DNA from: Akkermansia muciniphila ATCC BAA-835
Lineage (GTDB): Bacteria; Verrucomicrobiota; Verrucomicrobiia; Verrucomicrobiales; Akkermansiaceae
Reading direction: 5' to 3'
Assembly (NCBI RefSeq): GCF_000020225.1
Contig: NC_010655.1
Coordinates: forward strand, 1,440,001-1,472,000
DNA length: 32,000 bases
Shown: piece by piece, positions 17,240-28,706 of the stretch
How the letters are laid out: each line of letters starts with the position of its first letter
How positions within the stretch are numbered: position 1 is the first letter of the stretch
Notes under the pieces: model-generated
What the model was told of the DNA's origin: nothing
Seen by the model: the letters and a program-made list of their open reading frames with translations, nothing else
Database searches by the model: none
Program-made: the position numbers and the translations under genes

Positions 17240-18352
17240 TCAATCCAGGGGGCGGCGCAATTCTTCAATGGCTTCCGCCATATCTTCCCGAGTAATTTTC
17301 GTAGAAATGCCTGCCTCCCCTGCTTTGGAAAGCAGAACAAAGCGGATGGTTCCGGCCCGGAACTTTTTGTCTGATGCCGTTTTTTGAAGAACAGTTGCCG
17401 TATCAATGCCGTCCGGAAGAACCAAGGGAAGTTCCAGCGCCTGAAGCGTGCGAAGGATCTTGTTGGCATCGGAAGAACTTAAACCGGCTTTCCGTTCACT
17501 CAGAAACAGGGCGGCGCGCATGCCGAGCGCCACTGCTTCCCCGTGAAGGATGGTTCCGTAAGGGACGGCAGCTTCAATGCCGTGGCCGATGGTGTGGCCG
17601 AAATTGAGCAGAGCCCGGATATCCAGAGTTTCCAATTCATCATTTTCTACAATGCGGGCCTTAATGGCCACGTTCCGGGAGATTAGGTCAGGAAGCCTGG
17701 CAATAGTATTCAGGGAGAAGCCGATGGAGAGTTCCGGCCCCAGCCCTTTCAATTCATGAAGCATGGAAGCGTCTTTGATAGCTGCGTGCTTGACGGCTTC
17801 CGCCAAACCTTCCGCCAGCGTACGTCGATCCAAAGTCACCAGCGTGGTAGGGTCGATTACCACGACGGACGGCTGATGAAAGGCTCCTACAAGATTTTTC
17901 CCTTCTGGAATATTGACGGCAGTCTTTCCTCCTACGGAACTGTCCACCTGGGCGACCACCGTTGTTGGAATTTGCATGAAGGGGATGCCCCGGTAATAAA
18001 TGGAAGCGATGAAGCCGGCCAGATCCCCTACTACGCCGCCGCCCAGAGCGGCGATGCATCCGGTGCGGTCAAGCCCGGCCCGGACCAGTTCGGAACACAG
18101 CTCCTGGGCCTGAAGCATATTTTTGGAAGCTTCCCCGGCATTCACTACGTGCAGGCTGGGCATGAATCCCGCGCTCTCCAGGGACTTCATTACGCGCTCT
18201 GCATAAAGTGGGGCGACGCAGCTGTCCGTGATAACCGCAATCTTGCCGTCCAGACCGGCGCGGTAGGCAAACTCTCCGGTACGGTCCAGTGCTCCGTTTT
18301 CCACGTGGATGTCGTAGGAACGTTCACCGAGAGCAAGAGAAATGGTAGGCAT
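17240..18352 (-). CDS. aroB: 3-dehydroquinate synthase
   Basis: The ORF is 370 aa. The nucleotide-binding motif is GGGVVGDLAGF. It also has VDSSVGGKTAVN and metal-ligand HGEAVA/GHTIGH regions typical of DHQS. Confidence 0.92.
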   Translation of the reverse strand: MPTISLALGERSYDIHVENGALDRTGEFAYRAGLDGKIAVITDSCVAPLYAERVMKSLESAGFMPSLHVVNAGEASKNMLQAQELCSELVRAGLDRTGCIAALGGGVVGDLAGFIASIYYRGIPFMQIPTTVVAQVDSSVGGKTAVNIPEGKNLVGAFHQPSVVVIDPTTLVTLDRRTLAEGLAEAVKHAAIKDASMLHELKGLGPELSIGFSLNTIARLPDLISRNVAIKARIVENDELETLDIRALLNFGHTIGHGIEAAVPYGTILHGEAVALGMRAALFLSERKAGLSSSDANKILRTLQALELPLVLPDGIDTATVLQKTASDKKFRAGTIRFVLLSKAGEAGISTKITREDMAEAIEELRRPLD

Positions 18353-18427
18353 GAGGCCAGTATGGGATATTCCGGAGGGAACCTCAAACGGAAAGTGCGG
18401 ATGAGGCGAAGAAGACGCATTCTCCTT

Positions 18428-18991
18428 TTAATGCGTTCTTGTCCTGGGTGCCAGCGGAGAAAGAGTTTCCAGGATAACTTTCAAATGCTCCGCGCGTGAG
18501 GCCGTGAACCCGCCGTCATCCTTCCAGATGATATTGCCGTTGCCGTCCAGAAGGACAATCGCTGTTTCCGCCTTCTTGTGAAGGGAAAGTCTGCGGCGTA
18601 CAAAAGACTGGTCATAATAGGAAATCAGGGAATTGGTCTTCATGTAAAAATCCGGAAAATCCCCCAGAGCCTGTGTAAAGGCGGGGACATCACCTTCAAT
18701 GGGGGGTGGCTGCAGAACCAGCAAAATGCTATATTCCACCGGGGTTGGCGTATGTTTGTACTGTTTGCGGAGGTCCTCGCAGAAGGGAAGCCACTTTTTC
18801 ATTCCGTACAAAGTTTCCGGGTGAAAAACAGTCAGCATGATATGGAAACTTTTTGGAACGATAGGAGGCAGGGAAATATTGTCTCCCAGTAAATTCATGC
18901 CGTTGATATCCGGAAAACGGTAACGTCCGTTTCCTCCTCCATAAGGATGCTCGGGATTGGGCGTTGGCAAGTGTATTTCCTGATTCTTCAT
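18428..18991 (-). CDS. Hypothetical cytoplasmic protein, thioredoxin-like (TlpA/redoxin) fold pattern without CXXC
   Basis: The ORF is 187 aa with no signal peptide. The layout resembles redoxins (FPDINGMNL ... HIMLTVFHPETLYGMKKWLPFCEDLRKQY ... AIVLLDGNGNIIWKDDG), but ETLYG replaces the WCxxC active site. It lies 75 nt upstream of aroB on the same strand. Confidence 0.55.
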   Translation of the reverse strand: MKNQEIHLPTPNPEHPYGGGNGRYRFPDINGMNLLGDNISLPPIVPKSFHIMLTVFHPETLYGMKKWLPFCEDLRKQYKHTPTPVEYSILLVLQPPPIEGDVPAFTQALGDFPDFYMKTNSLISYYDQSFVRRRLSLHKKAETAIVLLDGNGNIIWKDDGGFTASRAEHLKVILETLSPLAPRTRTH

Positions 18992-19339
18992 GCTCTGTTA
19001 GACAAAATTCGAAGAAATAATGTTCATGTCGATGGTTGCCGAACAGGGTATGTTCATTGGTGCGGGGAAGGGCCTTTTTTATGTTGGAAGGCTCTCTTTC
19101 TCTGAAAATTCCGGCCGATTAGAAAATCGGTATTCATGGAAAGGGGAATATATAGGCCTGTTATAGGTTTTTCTCGAAGAAAGGTAGGGTACAAGAGCAG
19201 GGAAGAGAGGGACGTTCAAAAAAAGATGCGGTGGAAAGAGGCAGTATGACAAAAGCATATACTGTTCATGATATGTAGGTTATGTGGGTATTGAGGGGGT
19301 GGCGGGAATAAGCGGACGCAAAAAAGAGCACGAAAAAAA

Positions 19340-19368
19340 TTGACAAAAAGGTGTGGTATGATAGATTT
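19340..19368 (+). promoter_or_regulatory. Candidate sigma70-type rRNA operon promoter
   Basis: TTGACA (19340-19345) is followed by a 16-nt spacer and TAGATT (19362-19367), and preceded by an A-rich UP-like tract (cgaaaaaaa). Alternatively, tgGTATGAT (19354-19362) is an extended -10 element. The site is about 390 nt upstream of the 16S. The promoter consensus for this phylum is not known to me. Confidence 0.45.
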
Positions 19369-19753
19369 CTCGGCACGCCAACACGGCGACGGGATGAAAA
19401 GCCCGGCGGCTGAAGGGCTCGGAAGAGCGCTGGAAGCGGCTGGAGCCGGCCACCCGGAGAAAACCCCGGAAGGGGTTGCGATAAGAAGATTTCAAGGGAA
19501 TGACTACCGAAACCGCCGAGGGTTTTCCGAGGGTGCCGAGAGGTGTCTGAGGGGTAAAAGCCCGAAGGAGCGACCTAGCTCTGAGAGGGGTGGTTTGGTA
19601 GAAGCAAGGGGAAAGAAAAAAGGTCGTGACGCGCGCCGTGCGAGGCAGAGCGAAGAGGCCTTCAAGAGACACAACTTGGAGGAAGAGCTGGCTGAAGCAT
19701 GGCGCAAATGAAATCGCAAGATTCCATTTGGTCCAGCAATTTCAAAAATTAAT

Positions 19754-21268
<1,515 letters not shown>

Positions 21269-21433
21269 TGGAGCAAGTGCACGGAAGTGCACAGGTCGGA
21301 TCTCTTCCCGAGGGGAGAGAAAGCGGAACCCGCGAGGGCCCGCAACGAACCAAAGATGTGTAAACAGCCAGACGCCTGGAGCGAAACCTGGCACGACGTG
21401 CGTGACGACCTTTTTTCACCGAGAACCGCAACT

Positions 21434-21509
21434 GGGGGTATAGCTCAGTTGGTAGAGCGCCAGCTTTGCAAGCTGGATGTCCGGGGTTCGAGTCCCCGTG
21501 CCTCCACCA
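21434..21509 (+). tRNA. tRNA-Ala (anticodon TGC), CCA encoded
   Basis: The cloverleaf folded by hand is: GGGGGTA/TA/GCTC-AGTTGGTA-GAGC/G/CCAGC-TTTGCAA-GCTGG/ATGTC/CGGGG-TTCGAGT-CCCCG/TGCCTCC/A/CCA. It includes the G3:U70 Ala identity pair. Confidence 0.95.
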
Positions 21510-21533
21510 GTTTCGGGAAAGAGACCCAAAGCC

Positions 21534-21610
21534 GGGCCTGTAGCTCAGTTGGTTAGAGCACGCGCTTGATAAGCGCGGGGTCACAGGTTCAAGTCCTGTC
21601 AGGCCCACCA
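21534..21610 (+). tRNA. tRNA-Ile (anticodon GAT), CCA encoded
   Basis: The cloverleaf is: GGGCCTG/TA/GCTC-AGTTGGTTA-GAGC/A/CGCGC-TTGATAA-GCGCG/GGGTC/ACAGG-TTCAAGT-CCTGT/CAGGCCC/A/CCA. Confidence 0.95.
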
Positions 21611-21818
21611 GCAAAATCGATTATTGAGGGAAAGCGAAAATTGACATCTGCGTGGCAAAGAAAACGATTGCTGAGAAGCAATCGCTTTCCAACAAAGTGG
21701 GTAGTTGAACAACAACTACAAAACACAAGATAAACATGCATACCAAGCAATGAGACAATACAGTAAGTCACGAAAGGGCTTTGTGGTATTGTGGAAGTGG
21801 TAACAGCTTTTGCAATAT

Positions 21819-24654
<2,836 letters not shown>

Positions 24655-24892
24655 ATTACATCACTCCCCGTCGTGAATGACAACTTGCTCTTGTCTCATT
24701 TACCTGTGCATGTTCATCAACCACCAGCCACGCAGATGTCAGTTTACGCTGAATCCCTTCCCACACAAAGGACGGAAATCTTCTTAGCCGCCACACACAT
24801 ACCCTGAAAAAAATCCCTCACTCAGAAGCCCCCAAAAAAGCAGGGCTCCCGGGCAGGCAGGATGAAGAAAAAATCACCTCTTCCCCCTGAAG

Positions 24893-25007
24893 CCCGGTGG
24901 CCAGAGCGCAGTGGTCCCACCCGGTCCCGTTCCGAACCCGGAAGTGAAACGCTGCCGCGCCAATGGTAGTCGGACGACAGGTCCCGCAAGAGTAGGTCGC
25001 CGCCGGG
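24893..25007 (+). rRNA. rrf: 5S ribosomal RNA
   Basis: The gene is 115 nt. The terminal helix pairs cccggtggc with gccgccggg. The conserved ccgaac...gaagtgaaac and agtaggtc motifs are present. Confidence 0.9.
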
Positions 25008-25063
25008 ATTTTTTTCCATCAGGCCCCGCCAGTCACTTGACTCGCGGGGCCTGTTCTTTTCTT
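25008..25063 (+). terminator. rRNA operon terminator(s)
   Basis: A T7 run follows immediately after the 5S closing helix (25010-25016). Next comes a hairpin, aggccccgc (25021-25029) pairing with gcggggcct (25044-25052), followed by gttcttttctt. Confidence 0.75.
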
Positions 25064-25150
25064 GCTCGGTCCCGTTCTTCTCCCCCTACATTCTCTTAGT
25101 TAGTTTCCTTCTTGTAAGATGTCGTATTTTTTGTATGTATTAGTGTTACT

Positions 25151-27709
25151 ATGTTTTCTCATGCTTTTGCCGCCGGGGCGCTTCTTGGAACTGCCATTTC
25201 TCCGCTTGTTTGTGTATCTGCCGCAGAAAGATCGCCTGTGGCGGCGGCTGAAGATGTAGTGGCGCGTGTAACTCCCTCGGCAAAGGGTTCTGTCTTGTTC
25301 CACTTAAATCCGGATCAGGGCAACAAGATCACTATTTCCGGTATTGCCGGAGGTATCCGGGTGGAGGCGTCAGATGTACGCCGCTTGGTGGCGGGTTATG
25401 GATGGTATTTAAAGAATATAGCCAAGGTCCATTTTTCGTGGAACGGAAATCGGATAACGCTTCCTTCCCCTTTGCCGGTTCCCGCCAGTCCGGTTACGGT
25501 AGAAAGCCCGTGGAATATCGTTTTTGCCTATAATTACTGCACCCTTTCTTATACGGCGGCTTTTTGGGATTGGAACAGATGGCAGCGGGAGATTGATTTT
25601 CTGGCGTTGAATGGGTTTACGCATGCGCTGGTAACGGCGGGTTTGGAAAAGACATGGGAAGATTTTCTGACAGGCTTGGGGTATCCCCGGGAAAAAGCTC
25701 TTCGTTTTATCCCTAATCCGGCATTTGCCGCGTGGTGGAATATGGGAAATCTGGAAGGCCACGGTGGTCCGCTGAGCCAGCAACAGATAAATAAAATGGC
25801 CCAGATGGGAAGGCGCATTGTCTCCCGTATGGAACAGTTGGGGATGACACCTGTACTTCAGGGATATGTGGGATTTGTTCCTTCTGACTTTCAGGAAAAT
25901 GTCCGGATAGACGGATTGAAGCTTATTCCTCAGGGGGAATGGGTTAATTTCAGGAGGCCGTGGGTGGTGGATCCCACTTGTGAGGCTTTTCCCAAACTGG
26001 CCGCAGACTGGTACAAGGCTCTCCGCAAGGTATACGGCATTCCCGGAAAGATGTTTGGCGGGGATTTGTTTCATGAGGGGGGGCGGAAGGGGGATATTGA
26101 CGTAACGCAGGCGGCACAGGAAGTGCAGAAAGCCATGCAAAAGGCTTCTCCGGGGGCTTTCTGGGTGATTCAGGCCTGGGGTGGAAATCCTACCCGAGAG
26201 TTGTTGTCCGGGTTGGATCCGGAGCGTGCGCTTGTATTGCAGCTTACCAAGGATATGGCTAACGGGGGAAAGAATTTAAGGACTTTTAATGGTATTCCGT
26301 GGGTCTGGTGCGAACTGGCGAACTTTGGAGGCAATACGGGAATGTACGGGGGGGTTCCCCTTCTGTCCCGGCTTGGAAGTGAGTTGTCCGGCTATAAGGA
26401 TAAGGGGCTGGTGGGCATGGGAACTTTGTCCGAAGGGCTTGAGACGAACCCCCTGCATTACGCCCTGTTCAGCGACCGTTTGTGGACTAGGGAGGATATT
26501 TCTGTCCGGGAGTGGCTTGGAAAGTACGCGCGCCAGCGTTACGGTTTCGCACCAAAGGCTGTCGTGAAGGCGTTGGAAGTTCTGTCTTTCTCCATCTATA
26601 ACCCCGTTCGTTCTCAGGAAGGGTGTACGGAGTCTATTATTTGCGCCCGCCCGTCCTGGAATGTTCGAAAGGCATCCACATGGTCCAGCGGGGAGCGATA
26701 TTATCACCTGGGCGATATTGTAAAGGCGGCGCGCGGTTATCTGAAGGCCGCGAATGATCAGCCGAATTTGGTGAAAAAGGAGACGTTTCGTTATGATTTG
26801 GTGGATGTTGTGCGTCAGGCTCTTGCGGACGCTGCTTTTTACCAGCTTCAACAGGTCAGGAGTGCTTTTGATTCCGGAGATTTGGCTGCGTACAGGAAGC
26901 AGGTAAAGCGTTTCCTGTCTCTGATTTCAGATATGGATGCCCTTTTGGCGACGGATAGCCAGTTCCTATTAGGAACTTGGCAGAAAAGGGCTTTGGATTG
27001 GGGTGATTCCCGGCAGGAAAAAGCCTTGATGGACAAGTCTGCGAAGATGCTTATCACTACGTGGATTGATCAGGTTCCCCGGTCTCTGAATGATTATTCC
27101 AATCGTCAGTGGGCCGGGCTTGTTTCCGATTTTTATTTGCCTCGGTGGAAGAATTTTTTTGAATTTCAGATGGATGTCCTGACCGGAAAGAAGACGCGTG
27201 ATGCCGCCCATGCCGCATTTATGGATAAGATGGTTCGGGATGAACTGGCCTTTGCCGGAAATGGGAAAATATATTCTGTCAAACCAGCGGGGGATACTTT
27301 GGCCGTTGCTAATCGTGTGATGAATACCCACCGGGAAATGTTGGACGCCCTGAGTGCGGAAGAAAAGCATTCCTCGGGCAGTCCATGGGAACTCCAGCAA
27401 GGTTCTCCGTTGCAGTTTGATGTGACGGATCAGGTGACTGCTTCTGGCACATATACTGCTACTTTCCAGTGGAAGAATGGCCCCAGCGCCTTGAAAATCC
27501 ATTCTGTCAGATTATACGAGGGTAACAGGGAGGTGGCTTCCGATGTTCATGAGGGCAGAACTGGCGTGGAAAATAAGGATAATATTTACAGACTGGAATT
27601 GAAGAAGTACAGAACCAACCTTGATTCCTATATCCTGAAGGCAGAAGTAAGCGGTGTTTCTCAGGGCGCTTCCAAAGGAGAAATGGTGTTGAAAAAACTG
27701 GTGGATTGA
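25151..27709 (+). CDS. Alpha-N-acetylglucosaminidase (NAGLU-like, glycoside hydrolase family 89), secreted
   Basis: The ORF is 852 aa with signal peptide MFSHAFAAGALLGTAISPLVCVSAAE. GH89/NAGLU-like stretches include RWQREIDFLALNGFTHALV, NPAFAAWWNMGNLEGHGGPL, TPVLQGYVGFVP, GGDLFHEGG and IPWVWCELANFGGN. About 109 aa of extra C-terminal sequence follows (see findings). Confidence 0.88.
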   Translation: MFSHAFAAGALLGTAISPLVCVSAAERSPVAAAEDVVARVTPSAKGSVLFHLNPDQGNKITISGIAGGIRVEASDVRRLVAGYGWYLKNIAKVHFSWNGNRITLPSPLPVPASPVTVESPWNIVFAYNYCTLSYTAAFWDWNRWQREIDFLALNGFTHALVTAGLEKTWEDFLTGLGYPREKALRFIPNPAFAAWWNMGNLEGHGGPLSQQQINKMAQMGRRIVSRMEQLGMTPVLQGYVGFVPSDFQENVRIDGLKLIPQGEWVNFRRPWVVDPTCEAFPKLAADWYKALRKVYGIPGKMFGGDLFHEGGRKGDIDVTQAAQEVQKAMQKASPGAFWVIQAWGGNPTRELLSGLDPERALVLQLTKDMANGGKNLRTFNGIPWVWCELANFGGNTGMYGGVPLLSRLGSELSGYKDKGLVGMGTLSEGLETNPLHYALFSDRLWTREDISVREWLGKYARQRYGFAPKAVVKALEVLSFSIYNPVRSQEGCTESIICARPSWNVRKASTWSSGERYYHLGDIVKAARGYLKAANDQPNLVKKETFRYDLVDVVRQALADAAFYQLQQVRSAFDSGDLAAYRKQVKRFLSLISDMDALLATDSQFLLGTWQKRALDWGDSRQEKALMDKSAKMLITTWIDQVPRSLNDYSNRQWAGLVSDFYLPRWKNFFEFQMDVLTGKKTRDAAHAAFMDKMVRDELAFAGNGKIYSVKPAGDTLAVANRVMNTHREMLDALSAEEKHSSGSPWELQQGSPLQFDVTDQVTASGTYTATFQWKNGPSALKIHSVRLYEGNREVASDVHEGRTGVENKDNIYRLELKKYRTNLDSYILKAEVSGVSQGASKGEMVLKKLVD

Positions 27710-27804
27710 GAAGTGGACAGGAAGTTGTGCAGGGATGGGAGAAAAGGCGGTTATACGTGCAGGCTTTTCCATTTGTTCCGGAATCAGTTTGTTTCCCTCG
27801 CCGA

Positions 27805-27843
27805 AAAAAGGAAGAAGGGGGGGATTTCCCCCCTTTCTTCCTT
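27805..27843 (-). terminator. Strong hairpin terminator between the convergent GH89 and PEP-CTERM genes
   Basis: A stem of about 16 bp forms between aaggaagaaggggggg (27808-27823) and cccccctttcttcctt (27828-27843), with loop attt. On the minus strand it is followed by TTTTT (complement of 27805-27809). It may act on both strands. Confidence 0.75.
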
Positions 27844-27866
27844 GAAAGATGGCATGGTGATAAAAT

Positions 27867-28286
27867 TTATCGGCGGTGGCGTAACAATAGAGCGCTAAGA
27901 CCGAACAGACCCAGCGTAGCGGTTGCCGGTTCCGGAACCACTTCATTACTTGTGGAGAAGTTTACTGCCGACAAATACATGCCCTCCCAAGAGTTCAGGA
28001 TATTGTTTTTATAGGTGCCGGTTCCGCAGCCGCTATGCATGTCCAGAGAAAGGCTGTTTAAATAGACGGTTTCGGGAAGTGTTGCTTCCTTTCTATTCGT
28101 GGCGGCGGACATAACGGAAGAAGACGATTGGGTCGCAGAGCCAAAGTAGTTGTTGGCGGTGTTAGTGTTCGTGGTGGAGAATATGGTGGCTGCTTGGGCG
28201 GTTCCCAACGATAAAAAATGGAGATAACAGAAATAATGGGTTTCATCTTTGGGCTGGAAATATAACTTGATACAATTGATATGCAC
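27867..28286 (-). CDS. Small PEP-CTERM sorting-domain protein; the 5' end is probably frameshifted at an A6/T6 tract
   Basis: The C-terminus VPEPATATLGLFGLSALLLRHRR is a PEP-CTERM anchor. The listed ORF starts at a GTG (28286) with a poor N-terminus. The only nearby ATG (28246, MKPIISVISIF) is in another frame and would join this frame if the tract at 28213-28218 changed length (see finding). Confidence 0.7.
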   Translation of the reverse strand: MHINCIKLYFQPKDETHYFCYLHFLSLGTAQAATIFSTTNTNTANNYFGSATQSSSSVMSAATNRKEATLPETVYLNSLSLDMHSGCGTGTYKNNILNSWEGMYLSAVNFSTSNEVVPEPATATLGLFGLSALLLRHRR

Positions 28287-28706
28287 TGGGAAAAAATCTA
28301 TCGAATTTAGAATCGTTTTTTGAAAAACATGAAATATATTGATGTTATAAAGAAATATTCAATTTATTTAAAATTTTAGATGGAAAACGATTAGTAATAG
28401 TCTTTTTTATCTCATTATCGGTATTATCCGAGAAAAAAATCATGACCCAATGGTAAATACCGGTTCTAGATTTTCTTTACTCCGGCACATAGCCAAAATT
28501 CCGTCCTCAGAAAACTCCTGTTTCCCGAAGCGGAATGGTCAGCCTACACAAGCTATTCTCTTTTAGAAGTAAATATTGACCTCGGATTCGCAATCCGTTT
28601 GTCGATATTCTTATTGTACTGCCCCGATTTATGCTCCGGTTCCAAAAGATGAGCTGTACAGGATCTTTTGTAGAGATGGATTTTTTTTTGAATATAGCCT
28701 TTTCGT

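Noticed and set aside
19021-19268. A TGTTCAT heptamer repeats at 19021, 19050 and 19262 in the AT-rich region upstream of the rRNA promoter.
   Set aside because: The same heptamer also occurs at unrelated places (about 16561, 24711 and 31485). The count is close to the chance expectation for a 7-mer in 32 kb read on two strands.
24655-24892. The 23S-5S spacer is relatively long, about 237 nt.
   Set aside because: It contains the 3' halves of the 23S processing stems and no tRNA or ORF signal. Its length is within the normal variation for rrn operons.
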